Shown one piece after another: positions 39,404 to 50,964 of a stretch of DNA of 64,000 nt. Below the pieces are notes generated by a model. That model saw nothing but the letters and a program-made list of their open reading frames with translations. It did no database searches and had not been told where the DNA came from. The position numbers and the translations under genes were made by a program. The DNA lies in contig CAVVMW010000006.1 in assembly GCA_963749495.1 (NCBI GenBank), positions 704,001-768,000 on the forward strand, given 5' to 3'. The stretch's first letter is position 1. Each line of letters opens with the position of its first letter. This DNA is from an uncultured bacterium. GTDB taxonomy: Bacteria; Verrucomicrobiota; Verrucomicrobiia; Limisphaerales; UBA8199.

Positions 39404-40806
39404 GTCAATTCTCTGATGAGTGCCGTGTCCAGGTCCAAGGCCCAGGGTGGGAGCCAGCCGGCGATGTTGCTGAGCGGCAGGACTGATTCGTCAATATCTA
39501 TCCCGAGGGCATCCCGCATGAACCCGCGGCGCGCTTGCACGCGCTTCCATAGGTCCGGGAACCCTTGAGCCAGTTGCCCCCGCAATCGCGCGTCGGCCAG
39601 GACAATGCCGTCTTCGCCATTGATATAGCAAAAGGGGCCAAGCGACACCGGAATAATGTCCATCTGCAGCGCCATGCCCGAGCGCAGCCTGACGCGGCTC
39701 TCAGCGGAGAAAGGCGAATGGAGCCATTCGTCCAGGTGCAAGTAATGGCCGGGATTGACGGCGAAGCGGTAGAGTTTGCCGTCCCGGACATCCTCAACGG
39801 CGCGCGCCACGGCGCCGGCGCTCGCACCGACCCGAACGTTTTCATACCAGGTGGCAACCACATGGAAATAGTTCGTGGCCAATGGCAGATAGAACTCGCG
39901 CAGGGCGCCGGCCAGATCGCCAGGGCCGGCAGCAATCATGCCGGCGCGAGAGGTCAGGGCCCCTTGGACGCCAAAGCCGACAGTATAGGGATCGCCCCGC
40001 TTGGCCCGTTGGGCCGATGGGCTGGACAGGCCGCGCCGGGCTTTGTCCCCAAAACTAACCATGCGGTGACAACTGAGCGGCAGGCCGCGCGTATCAAGGT
40101 GTTTTTCCAATTCGCACTCGGCCAGGCCCGGGCGGAGGTGGCGCAACAAACTCAGGACACCTTCCGAAGTCACACAGGAGGCGTATTCGAACTGGGCGAT
40201 CTGGGCCGGCTCATTGATGACTCGCAGGCCGTCGCGAACGTCCATGAAAAGCCCGTTGGCATTCACGACGCGCTTTGGCTTGCCCGTCAGCTCGCGCAGG
40301 AGGTCGGCAAGGTAGGCCGGCACATCGAGCGCCAGCGGGCCTCCTGGAAGCAGCTTGTCGTCAAAATGCTTCCAGCCGACGCACCCGATGCGTTGAGCGC
40401 GGCCGACGCCGAAGTCTCCCAAAATCTGCCTCAACGGCCGCGAGGCATTCCGTGGCTGACCCATGAGACTGAACTCCTGGAATAGTTCGACCTCCAATCC
40501 GAGCCCCTGGGTGTCAGGCAGGTATCCCAGGCATTCATTGCCGACTAGAAGCTTGCGGCAACCTTCGGACGACAGCAGCAACAGCGCTTCTTCAAAGCGT
40601 GGATCAAAACCGGTCAGATAAGCCAGGTTCGCGCAATGCTCCCGGTCGGCATAGACGACCAGCGTATCCTGCTTTTCGGCGCGCAAGCGCTCCACGGTCC
40701 GGGCCAAACGCGTCCGATACAGTTCGGCCGGAATGTCCGGACATGCGCGAGCGCGCCCGAAGGACGGGAGCGCGACGCGCCCGGTGGTGATCGAGGTGCC
40801 TTTCAT
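39400..40806 (-). CDS. Xaa-Pro aminopeptidase-like (M24/creatinase fold) protein
   Basis: YADREH.ANL.YLTGFDPRFEEALL, NPGHYLHLDEW, QMDIIP, EDG. Confidence 0.8.
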   Translation of the reverse strand: MKGTSITTGRVALPSFGRARACPDIPAELYRTRLARTVERLRAEKQDTLVVYADREHCANLAYLTGFDPRFEEALLLLSSEGCRKLLVGNECLGYLPDTQGLGLEVELFQEFSLMGQPRNASRPLRQILGDFGVGRAQRIGCVGWKHFDDKLLPGGPLALDVPAYLADLLRELTGKPKRVVNANGLFMDVRDGLRVINEPAQIAQFEYASCVTSEGVLSLLRHLRPGLAECELEKHLDTRGLPLSCHRMVSFGDKARRGLSSPSAQRAKRGDPYTVGFGVQGALTSRAGMIAAGPGDLAGALREFYLPLATNYFHVVATWYENVRVGASAGAVARAVEDVRDGKLYRFAVNPGHYLHLDEWLHSPFSAESRVRLRSGMALQMDIIPVSLGPFCYINGEDGIVLADARLRGQLAQGFPDLWKRVQARRGFMRDALGIDIDESVLPLSNIAGWLPPWALDLDTALIRELT

Positions 40807-41103
40807 GCCCCGACCATAATCCGAAAGCTACAGCAGCGGCAAGTCACTTTGCATCGCGGTGGGCGGCAGGCCGATCCGCGCCTCCCGCCGCAGCGCCCAG
40901 TGGTGCCTCGATGATTGGGTCTAGCCGCACCAAAGGAACAGGAGTCCCGCAGGGACGGCTGGAAACGACGCCCAGATCACGCTGTCCAATGGAGGAACGC
41001 TTGACCTCAGTCCGCTTGGCTCCAGAATGACGCCGGTGACTGTGCATTGGAAAATGAACTCGACCATCAACCACTCCTTCCTGGCAAGCTCATCATCAAA
41101 ACC

Positions 41104-44100
41104 ATGACCGTCCTGCCCCTTGTTGAGCGGGAGCTGCGCGTGGCCGCCCGCCGGCGCGGCACCTATTGGACGCGCTCGGCCATGGCCCTGGGCGCAATCC
41201 TCATCGGCGTCCTGGTCTTCGTATTCTGCCTGGGCATGCCGGCGCAGAGGACCGCGCAATACATCTTTCAGGGCCTCGCCTGGCTGCTGATGCTTTATTG
41301 CCTGGTTCTCGGGCGCGCCACCACTGATTGCGTGAGCCGGGAGAAACGCGAAGGCACGCTCGGCCTGCTTTTCCTTACGCACCTGAAAGGCCACGACGTG
41401 GTCCTGGGCAAACTGGCCGCCACGTCCCTGGGCGGCTTCTACGCGCTGCTGGCGGCGGTGCCGGTGCTGGCCGTCCCCCTGCTCATGGGTGGAGTCGCCT
41501 ACGGGGAGTTCTGGCGCATGGTCCTCACGCTCATCAATACATTCCTTTTCTGCCTGGTCCTGGGCGTTTTCTCCTCCGCCTTGTGCCGGGAGCATCGCCG
41601 GGCGGCGGCCCTCAATTTGAACTTGCTCCTGTTCCTGGCGGCGGTTCCGCCTGCCGCCGCGTGCGTCCTGTTCTATTTCCACCCCGCCCGCGGCCTGCCC
41701 CCGCAACTCTTCTTCTCATGCCCTCTCTACACGTTCTATCTGAGCGCCGCGGCGCGCTACGGGGTCGAGCAGGAGCATTTCTGGTGGTCCCTGGGGGTCA
41801 TTCACGGTCTTACGTGGCTGTTTCTCATGCTGGCGAGTTGGGCCGCCCGGCACACTCTGCGGGAGCGCCCGGAGCGCCCCGGCAGGAACGCTTGGCGCGG
41901 GTTCTGGCGCCGATTGAGCTATGGGGGTGCGCGCAAACAGGCTGCGTTCCGCCACCGGCTGCTCGACATCAATCCGCTTTACTGGCTGGCCGCGCGCGCC
42001 CGTCTCAAGCCGCTCCATGTCTGGGTCTTCCTGGCCCTGGCGACCGGATGGTGGCTCTGGGGCTGGGCGGGCTATGGTATCTATTGGTTCGACCAGAGCG
42101 TCTGCTTGTGCACCGCGATTCTGTTGAACTCCACACTCAAGGTGTGGGTGGTCATCAAGGCCGGCCAGCGGCTGTCGGAAGAGCGCGAGGCGGGAACGCT
42201 CGAACTGCTGCTGACGACGCCGCTCAGTGCGGGGGAGATGCTTCGCGGGCAATGGCTGGCCTTGCGCAGGCAATTCCTTGGGCCGGTGCTGGGGGTCATC
42301 GCTGCAGAATCATTGCTGATGCACTCATTGTATCCGCGCTACCTGGGCCAGGTCGCTGTCGCCTTCTGGCTGGCGGGCACTATTATGCTGGTGGCTGACA
42401 TCGCTGCCTTGTGTTGGGTCACGATGTTGGCGGCCCTCAAGGCCAGGAGCCAGCACCGCGCCACCGCCACCGCCATCACGCGCATTCTCGTGCTGCCGTG
42501 GGTCCTTTGGTGCGTTGTGGTTGGGCTGGCAAACCTTTGGATTTGGCTTTTTGCGCCGGCCGGTCCCGGCTTGATGCCAAGCTGGCGATACTGCCTGGGC
42601 TGGTGGTTTGCTTTGGGTTTGGGCATTGACCTGCTTCTTCGGGTTGAGCGCCTGGCGGGCGCTACGCTGCCGGTTTCGACAACTCGCCACCCATCAGTTC
42701 ATACAGCCACGCGTCGTCCCGTGGCTCGAAGCCCCTCCCGCCGCCGGCGCGAAGGTGGCGGCGAACCCGCCTGAGAAGCCAACGGGCACTCTTCAGGGCC
42801 AACCGCCGCCCAAGCGCCGGCTGAAAAGACGCGCGGCCCTCGCCGGCCTGGCAGTGGTCCTGCTTTTGGCCGGCCTCATCTCGATGGTCTGGATCTCGCG
42901 CCGCGGCCCCCCGCCGCCGGTGCTCGTCTATCTGGCCCAGAGCAACGCGCCGCCGCGATTCTTCGCTGACTGGGCTGGCACCCTGCTCATTCTCCCGGAC
43001 GGCTCGCTCTGGCGCTGGGGCCAGTCGGGAGGAAACTACGTCGGAAAGGCCCCGGTGCCGGAACGGGTCGGCACGAATTCTGATTGGGTACAAGTGGCGT
43101 GGGGCCAAGACTGCTGCGTCGGGCTTCGCACCAATGGAACGATTTGGGAATGGTTGCCGGCGGCGATCTCAGCGGCATCCCGGAGCAGGTGCGCACCGCA
43201 GAGGCCCTCCGCTGGCCTGATTCCGCCTTGGCCTCCAACGGTGTCCGAGACACAACCGCCTTCTTGGACCTGGAGCATGGCTGGACCAGCGTCGCCGTCG
43301 CCGTCGGGCCGAGGAACGCATTCGGCGGCGGGCCGGCTACTCCATTCGCCGTCCGCCGGGACGGGACCCTGTGGAGCTGGCCCTTGGACTCAGGGCCCCG
43401 CCATGCCAAGCTGGTCCGGGTGGGTGGCGACCACGACTGGGCCGCCGTCGGCGGCGCGAGCCTCCGCCTGCGAACCAACGGGACCCTCTGGGTCCAAGGA
43501 CACTTCTATCGGCGCCTCTCTCCCTTCTCAGGCCAAGAGGAAGACGCGCTCTCGCCGGTGCAAGTCTGCCGGGAGACCAATTGGCTCGCCTTCGGCTCGG
43601 GTGAACTGGCTCATGCCTGGACCGCCTCCGGGGAGTTGTGGAATCTCTCGATGTTGTCGCCGGACGCCCAGGCCCCAGCGGCCATGACCTGCCAACTGCT
43701 CACCTCGAACTCCGCTCCCGGCCGCCACGCCCTGGTCTTTTTCAACGAAGGGCCGCTTTACGAGGTGTGCCCCAACGGCACCCTCTGGCACGGAGGTCCT
43801 TCAGCAATGGCCCTTGCACCCTCCGGCTCCTTCGCTGCCTGGCGCCGCGTCGGGAAACGTTCCGACTGGGTCTCCATCTGGGGCTGTGGCCGCACGGCTT
43901 TCGGTTTAACGGCCGACGGCACCATCTGGACCTGGGGAGCCGACCTGGGCAGAGACCCGGCGGACGATCTCTCAACCAGGTTCAAGTTGCTGGAGTTTCG
44001 TATCCAATCACTGTTCAGGACCCGCCGCTGGGCCGTCGGGCCCGTCATGGTGCCCTACATCCAGAAGGAACCGCGCCCCTTGCTGCGCCTGCTTTCAACG

Positions 44101-44145
44101 AACCGGCAGAACGGCGAAGGCAGAAAAATGGGGGCAGAAAAATGA
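41104..44145 (+). CDS. ABC-2-type permease fused to an RCC1/BLIP-II-like beta-propeller (two frameshifts, near 42634 and 43150)
   Basis: MTVLPLVERELRVAARR, SREKREGTLGLLFLT, EREAGTLELLLTTPL, then repeated DG(S/T)(L/I)W.WG / DWV motifs across three overlapping frames. Confidence 0.75.
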
Positions 44146-44480
44146 TGAGAAATGAGCCGATCAAGCGATTTGCGCTTTTGGTCTTGTTCCAAGCGCATAG
44201 GGACAATGCCACGGAGCTGATCGTTGCTCCCTCAACTGAACGAGGGGCGGCCATCAAATACAAAGTCGGGGGCACCTGGCATGATTTTTCACCTCCGCCT
44301 CCGGAGATACTCCCTGGTGTCGTTGCCGAGTTGGGCAGGTTGGCAGAGTTGCCCGAGGGAGGGGCATTCCCGAGGGAGGGCGCCATTGACGTGCCGTTCT
44401 CGGGAGTTCGCCTAAGATGGAGAATCGGGATGGGCAGCACGGACGAGCCCTGTATTCTGACCCCAACGGAAAGCCCTTGA
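44142..44480 (+). CDS. Stand-alone GspE/PilB N2-domain-like protein
   Basis: QAHRDNATELIVAP...IKYKVGG...VVAELGRLAEL...PREGAI resembles the ASDIHIEP/RIDG/PQDG region of T2SS/T4P ATPases; there is no ATPase domain. Confidence 0.6.
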   Translation: MMRNEPIKRFALLVLFQAHRDNATELIVAPSTERGAAIKYKVGGTWHDFSPPPPEILPGVVAELGRLAELPEGGAFPREGAIDVPFSGVRLRWRIGMGSTDEPCILTPTESP

Positions 44481-44940
44481 CGGCCCATTCGTTCCGCACC
44501 ATAACCCGGCGTGAGCGTCGCCCATGACGAATCCCCCACTGCCCGCCTTGCATGGGAAAACGGATGGCGAACGGCTGCGGCCCTGGCAGGAGCAGCAGTC
44601 GGGTTGGTGCTCATCCTGGCTGCCCAAAAACCAGCACATCCGACGCTCGCGGCCACCACCACCGAACCGCCCTCAGCTCCAGCCGCAGCAGCTACTCGAG
44701 GAGTCGTTCCGACACGGCAGCCAGGCCAATACGGGCTGCGCGTGCTTGCCGGAGACTCGGTCGGACTCGATCGTCAGATAACTCTGACTGCGCCGACGGA
44801 GGGCGCTGTCGGGCTGTATGACCTGGGAACTATTGCGGTCCCGGCGGCTGGTTCGGGGATGGTCCGGTGACCGGAGCACCGGTCTTCGGGCGAGCGGTTC
44901 ACAGGGCCTCGCTTCACCACGGGGACTCGGCTGCCTTGCC

Positions 44941-47184
44941 TCAGTCGCCATGGAACGGGCGCCCGGCCTTGTAGAGCGCCAGGCGTGCCGCCATCGCCGC
45001 CCGCGAGTCCTTGGCGAACCCGTAGAAGGACAATGGAGTGCCCGACGGTTTCTTTCCAGCGTCCAGGTCTGCAATCACCTTCTCCTGTGTCTCGACTGCT
45101 TTCGAGAAGTCGCCATGCTCCGCGTAAGCCGCCGCCAGCACTTCCAGGTTCTGATCGCCTTTGGCCGCGAACTCGATCGCCTTGGCGCCGTCTCGATACT
45201 TGGCGTCGGATGCGGTGGCCAGTTGCCAGGCCCAGCACAGCCATAGCTCGCCAATGGGCGCGATCTCCTGGTAGCGGGCGTAATCCTCCTGGGCCTTCCC
45301 ATATTCCTTTAGCGCCTGGTAGGCCTGGCCCCGCCGAAGGACGATCCGGCAGCTGTCGGCTCCGGGCTTGGCGCGCTCCGGGTCGAGCCGCAGGGCCTCG
45401 TTGTAATCGGCCACCGCCCTGGCGTAATCCTTCTTGTTCTCCTGATAGACGCGTCCACGGTAATGATGGTCCAGCGCCAGTTGCTTTTCTTTGCTTACGC
45501 GGGAGAAGTCGGTATCGCCCTCGATAATCCGAGTGTAGTCGGCCAGGGCCTTGTCTGGCTGGCGCAACTGCTCGTAGCAGCGGGCGCGATTGTGCAGGGC
45601 CGAGCAGTCGCGGGGATCGAGGTCGAGCAGCCGGCTGTAGTCCGCGACCGCCTTGGCATAGTCTCGCCCAACCATGGGCAAACCGCCATCATAGAGACAG
45701 CCGCGGCTGAAGAGGGCCTCAGTGTGATTGGGGTCCAACTCCAGGGCCTGGTTGAGATCGGCAAGCTCTGCCTGGTATTCATGGGCCGAATAGTGAGTCA
45801 TGGCCTCCTCATAGAAATCGCGGGCGGTCTCCCGCCGCGTGTCTCCGTTGGAGATGCGCAGGCTGACCCTCCTGACTCCCGCTGCCTGGGTTGCATCCCA
45901 CACCGTCACAACCTTCTTTAAGGAAACATTCTTGTCCACCCCGACAACCAGGCTGAGCTCGGGGTTCTTTGCCACTTCGGACATCAAGCGGTTTTTCAGT
46001 TCTTCAACAGTCACCGGTGTTTGCCCCAGAGTTATTTTGCCTTGGGCGTCAATGTTGACGACCAGGACCAGGGACTGGCGGACGCGCGCATTGCCGGCCA
46101 TTGGAGCCGGCAGCGGGGCAGGGTTAAGCGCGGGCGACTGCTTGCCGGAGCCGGTAAAGGTGGCGCAACCAAGCCCCACCGCCACCAAGGCGGTCGCCAG
46201 GCACGCGCGCCAACTGGAGTTCCGATGGTGTTTAATCAGGAGGATCCTCCGCTTGAACTCGTGTTTGCTGCCGATCACCGGGACGGCACTGGGGAAAACC
46301 CGGTTGGCGGCCGAAAAACCCTCCAATAGCTTGATCAACAGCCGCCCATAGCCCGGCCACTCGGCCGGTTCCAATCGCTGCACCACCATCGCATCGCACA
46401 CCAGCTCCCGATCGGCGCGCAATCGGCGCAGCCCAAGCCATACTAACGGGTTGAACCAGTGCAGGAATTGCACCGCGACCAGCAGGAGATTGAGCAGCAC
46501 ATCCTGCCTCCGGACGTGCGCCATCTCGTGCAGGAAGACCAGCCGCAATTCCTGGTCGCTCAACTGGCCCAGCACGGCCTCGGGCAGAAGCAGGCGGACG
46601 CGCCAAAGGCCGAACACGGCCGGGCTGCTGAGTCGAGCCACGGCCATCAACGTCACCGGGCGGCCAACCCCCATCACCTCGCGCGCGCCATCCAACAACT
46701 CGAGCAACCGCGCGTCATCCGGACGGCGTCCTTGCCGGATCAGCCGGTGCCATTTGGCGTAACGCCAACCCGCCAGCAAAACCAGGAGGAGCAGGCCGCT
46801 AACCCAGCCGAGGCCAAGGACCTCGCCAATGGAGCGGCTCGGTCGGTGACTTGATGCAGCCGCGTCGAGCGGCGGTGCGGCCCTGGACGCCGCGGGAAGC
46901 GCTGCCCGCGTCGGCTCCGCAACCATGGGCGCGGCCCCGCCGGGCGCGGCGACTTGGGCGGCCGACACGAGGAGGTTCTCGAGACTCAACGAGCTCGGAG
47001 GCGCGGCGGGGAGAAGGAGGCGGCAGAGGATGAGCAGACTCAGGGCATACCGCAGCCGGGGTGTCAGCCACCGGGCCAGCAGTTTCTGCAAAAGCAACAC
47101 GAGCACAATCAGCAACGCCGCCTGGACGGAGGTCTTCCATGTCCACGCAAACAGATGCTGGCCCAGGGTGATGAGGTCTTTCAT
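44941..47184 (-). CDS. BlaR1/M56 family metallopeptidase fused to ExbD-like and TPR domains
   Basis: SPAVFG, HEMAHVRRQD, HWFNPLVW, ELVCD; ExbD-like segment VNIDAQG...VDKNV...AGVRRVSL; multiple TPRs. Confidence 0.9.
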   Translation of the reverse strand: MKDLITLGQHLFAWTWKTSVQAALLIVLVLLLQKLLARWLTPRLRYALSLLILCRLLLPAAPPSSLSLENLLVSAAQVAAPGGAAPMVAEPTRAALPAASRAAPPLDAAASSHRPSRSIGEVLGLGWVSGLLLLVLLAGWRYAKWHRLIRQGRRPDDARLLELLDGAREVMGVGRPVTLMAVARLSSPAVFGLWRVRLLLPEAVLGQLSDQELRLVFLHEMAHVRRQDVLLNLLLVAVQFLHWFNPLVWLGLRRLRADRELVCDAMVVQRLEPAEWPGYGRLLIKLLEGFSAANRVFPSAVPVIGSKHEFKRRILLIKHHRNSSWRACLATALVAVGLGCATFTGSGKQSPALNPAPLPAPMAGNARVRQSLVLVVNIDAQGKITLGQTPVTVEELKNRLMSEVAKNPELSLVVGVDKNVSLKKVVTVWDATQAAGVRRVSLRISNGDTRRETARDFYEEAMTHYSAHEYQAELADLNQALELDPNHTEALFSRGCLYDGGLPMVGRDYAKAVADYSRLLDLDPRDCSALHNRARCYEQLRQPDKALADYTRIIEGDTDFSRVSKEKQLALDHHYRGRVYQENKKDYARAVADYNEALRLDPERAKPGADSCRIVLRRGQAYQALKEYGKAQEDYARYQEIAPIGELWLCWAWQLATASDAKYRDGAKAIEFAAKGDQNLEVLAAAYAEHGDFSKAVETQEKVIADLDAGKKPSGTPLSFYGFAKDSRAAMAARLALYKAGRPFHGD

Positions 47185-47570
47185 GGGGTTTTCTCGTCGA
47201 GAAGGTTCTTGAGTTCCTGGATCTCCTTGCGCGTAAGCCGTTCCCGCTGCAGAAAGCACGCGAGGAATGGCGCGATCTCTCCGTCGAACACCCTGGCCAG
47301 GAACGAACGGGTCGCTGCCAGCCGGCACTCTTGCTCCGTGGCCACCGGCTTGAACACATATTCCCGTCCAGGCTTCTCAGTCGCCAGGGCCCCTTTCTGC
47401 ACCAGCCGGCTGAGCAAGGTGTGGATCGTCTTGGGCTTCCAGGCCGCTTCACCAGCCAGCGCCTCGACAACTTGCCGTGCGGTGGCGGTTTTCAGCGGCC
47501 AAATCACCTTCATAACGGTCCATTCCGCGTCTGAAATCCGAGGCAACCTGTTCCGGTCAATTTTGTGCTT
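47181..47570 (-). pseudogene. BlaI/MecI/CopY repressor, interrupted at codon 7 by an IS
   Basis: ISDAEWTVMKVIW...WKPKTIHTLLSRLVQKG; the original start MGFGTK lies at 50136-50117, on the other side of the IS. Confidence 0.88.
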
Positions 47571-50116
47571 CAGAGGTCTGAGCAAACCGCCACCCTCAAA
47601 AAGGCGCTTTCATAAGTCATTTGTTAGCAGCTAGTTGCAATGGGACTGATTTAAAAAAATCCCTGGTGGGTTTTTCGCCGGGCGGTTTCATGGTAAGAGT
47701 TGGCCCGAGAAAGAGATCTTGCTATGGACAACGTCGGCTTTGCGGGTTGGCAGCCAGAGAAGTCGATCAACGTGGTCAGCGCTGAGGGCATGACTCGGGT
47801 GTTCGTGAAGGGCCAGCCGTATATGAGTTGGCAGTCGGGAGATGAGGGGTGCCTTCGCCTGGCGATGGTGCAGTTATACCAATGCGGCTTGGGAACCGAG
47901 GAAGAGTTAGCGGCCGCGTTTGGTCGGCATGTCAATTCGGTGCAGAGGTACTTGCGGAATTTGCCAGCGAGGGAATGCGGGGATTGCTGTCCGAGCACAG
48001 TGGTCCCAAAGGCCGCTGGAAGATCACCGCGGCGGTGCGGGCCAAGATTTTGCTGATCGTTTTGCGGGAAGGAATCTGGGAACTGGAAGCGATTCAGCAG
48101 CGGCTGGCGCAGGGCTGGCGCGAGGTGATCAGTGTGCCGAGCATCCAGCAGGTCTTGGAGGAGAATGGGCTGGGGCAACCGAAGGTCGGGGGCGGGGATG
48201 GCGGAGGGGTCCAAAGTGAACTTTTTGATCTCGGGGATAAGCAGCAGTTGCTACTGAAGCTGGGCGAGGATGCCGACGCACCTGCCCCGGGCTGCCGACT
48301 ACTCCCGGCCCAGGAAACAGAAAACGGGGTCAGCCAGCGCCGGACCCAGGGAGGCGAGAACGGTGGCCAGCCGATGGGGATAGGGTCCCGTCGGAGCTAT
48401 TCCTCGGCGCAGCGGGTCTATTTGGATCAGTTGGAGCAAGGAGCTTACAACGCCTATGCCGGTGGGTTGCTGTTTACACCATTATTGGCGCGTTACCATT
48501 TTCTGCCGACTTTGCAAAAGGGGATCACGATTCCGACCGATGAAGGCTACAGCTTGGAAGAGTTAGGTCTGACACTTTTTTACTTGGATGTGTTTGGGTT
48601 CCGGTCGCTGGAAGATTTTAAGCGTGCTTATCGTGAGGAGTTTGGCGTGTTGATGGGACGCGCCCAGAGTCCGAGCCTGTTCACGCTGAGGCGGTTTCTG
48701 CACAAAGTCAGGGAGTTGGGGCGGGGAGAAGCTTTGATCGATGAATTTGCCGTGGCGTATTTGAAGTCTGACCTGGCGGCCTGGGGAGTGATGTACATTG
48801 ACGGACATTTCATGCCGTACTATGGGCTGCATCCGATCAGCAAGGGCTGGCATGGCGTGCGCCAGGTGCCGATGAAGGGCAGCTACAATTTTCTGGCGGT
48901 CAACGAGCACTTCACTCCCTGGCTATTCCTGATCCGGTCGTGCTCGGAAGACTTGCTGCAAAAGATCCCCGAGTTGATTGAGAAAGCCAAACGGATCGGT
49001 GAGCAAGCCGGAGTGAGCCGGGAGCGGCTGGACAAGCTGATCGTGTTGTTTGATCGGGAGGGTTACAGCGCGGAGCTCTACCGCTACCTGGAGGGCAAAG
49101 ATCAAGGGGAGGGCAAGCGGCGGGCGTTGTTTATCAGTTGGGCTAAGTATTCCGATAAATGGGTGAACGATCTGGCGGAGGAACAATTCAACCAGTTGGC
49201 GCGCGTGACCTATGAGATCCAGAAGGCCGAAGCGATCCCCTATTTGGAGACCACGCGCACGATGAGCAAATACGGAAAGATTCGCGCCGTAGTGATCCAG
49301 AGCGGCGCGAACAAAAAGCGGTCGGCGATTTACACCAACGGCAGCGCGGAAGAAATCGGGGCGGAACGGATCGTGCAATTGCTCTGTCGGCGCTGGGGAG
49401 AGGAGAACGCCATCAAGGAACTGTTGCACCAGCACCTGATCAACTACACGCCGGGTTACTTCGCCGAGGAACTGGAGAAGCAACCTCTGGTGGACAACCC
49501 GCAGGTAAAGGCACTCAAGCAGCAGCGGGCAGGTGCGGTCAGTGAATTAAATCGCCTAAAGATTGAATTAGCCAACCACCTGCTGCAGCGGCCGGCCAAC
49601 AAACGCCGGAGCCCACCCCGAAGCCAAAAGGAGGTTCTGGACAACATTGCGGTGGTGGAGAGCACGATTCTGTTAACGGATCACCAACTGGATAAGCTGC
49701 GGCCCGAGATCCCCTTTGATGAAGCCCATGCTGGGGAAAAGCTGCTCAAACTCAACCACGAGAAAAAGCGATTTCTGGATTGCATCAAGGTCTTTGCCTG
49801 CAACCTCAAAGCCGAGATGTGCCGCCGGTTGTTGAAGCATTATGATTGGGAAAAGGAGGTCTTGCCGGCGCTAGCGATGATTGTGGAAAGAACGGGCTAC
49901 GTGAAATTGGAGGGAGGGCAGTTAGACGTCACCTTGAGGCGATTCACGGACCGGGAAATCGATTACGCCGCCCGGCACCTTTGCGAAGACCTCAACAGCA
50001 TGCAGCCTGTGACCGTGGACAGGTTCCATCTTCCGATCCGTTACCACGTCCAATAGCTGACCCACCAAAGATTTTCTTAAAAATCGCGAAAAGGTGGCGG
50101 TTTGCTCAGACCTCTG
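47571..50116 (+). mobile_element. Insertion sequence, family unassigned, with 24-bp TIRs and 5-bp TSD
   Basis: TIR CAGAGGTCTGAGCAAACCGCCACC at both ends; TGCTT duplicated at 47566-47570 and 50117-50121. Confidence 0.93.
47724..50056 (+). CDS. Putative DDE transposase (one frameshift near 47958)
   Basis: N-terminal HTH, YIDGH, LFDREG, RWGEENAIKE (D-D-E); fills the IS. Confidence 0.85.
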
Positions 50117-50147
50117 TGCTTGGTTCCGAAACCCATAAGCGACTTCT

Positions 50148-50185
50148 TACACTTGTAGGACGATAATATCCTACAATTGTAGGAT
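50148..50185. promoter_or_regulatory. Two BlaI/CopY-type operator boxes
   Basis: TACA-CT-TGTA (50148-50157) and ATCCTACAATTGTAGGAT (50168-50185), just upstream of the original blaI ATG. Confidence 0.85.
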
Positions 50186-50267
50186 TGCAAGCGAAAAATG
50201 AAGAAAAATGCGCAGGGGTCGTTCTCTCCATTTGGCCCCTGCCGATCCAGTGAGGTTGAATCCGCCC

Positions 50268-50570
50268 AAATCTCCTCGAATGGCTTGGGTTCATAGACAC
50301 CCAGGTTGTTTACCAGGATGTCGAGCTCAGGAAACGGCGGCTCGTCTCCGTGGTCCCCTCTGCCTTGGCGAGGTCCACCGGGAGCGATTCGAGCCTGGCC
50401 GCCGGGACCGCGGTGCGGATTCCTGCCGTGGCATCGGCGACGCGTTCTTCGCTGCGGCCATTGACAATGACCCGGGCGCCTTCGGCCGCGAGGGCCTTTG
50501 TGATGGCCAAGCCAATCCCAGCCGTGGAGCCGGTCACAAGAGCGAGTTTGTCTTCGAGGTGCAGTTCCAT
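50268..50570 (-). pseudogene. Truncated SDR family oxidoreductase
   Basis: ALVTGSTAGIG...VIVNGR...LDILVNNLG, with a frameshift and loss of the catalytic half. Confidence 0.8.
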
Positions 50571-50807
50571 GGTTGGAATTTAAATTGAGCGGATGCAGCC
50601 GTCCAGGACGCCCGCCGGATCCGCAAGGCCTCATTCGCGTTTTTCAATCACTTGCCGAGCCACGAGCCGCCGGGAGTCTGAGGCCTTACACAACTCGATA
50701 AATACCAAAAAGTGAGAAAGAAGTGAGAAAGCGAGATCCTTGCCAAACGCCATTTTATGAGTGCCTCCAGAGCGGTTTCAGCACGTGCCAGCCGGGGCGA
50801 TCTCGAG

Positions 50808-50883
50808 TGGTGGGCCCAGAGGGATTTGAACCCCCAACCAAGCGATTATGAGTCGCCTGCTCTAACCCCTGAGCTATGGGCCC
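50808..50883 (-). tRNA. tRNA-Ile2 (CAT anticodon, lysidine type)
   Basis: GGGCCCATAGCTCAG...GCGACTCATAATCGC...GGTTCAAATCC...GGGCCCACCA; the anticodon arm matches ileX-type tRNAs (Met not fully excluded). Confidence 0.9.
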
Positions 50884-50964
50884 AACAAATTGAAAATCAA
50901 CGATTTGCAACAGCGGAGAAACTGGCCTATTGACAATCTGATACTGTGATCTGATACTGGACAC

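Noticed and set aside
44941..47570. Beta-lactam resistance locus
   Set aside because: No beta-lactamase or penicillin-binding sensor domain; only the regulatory families are shared.
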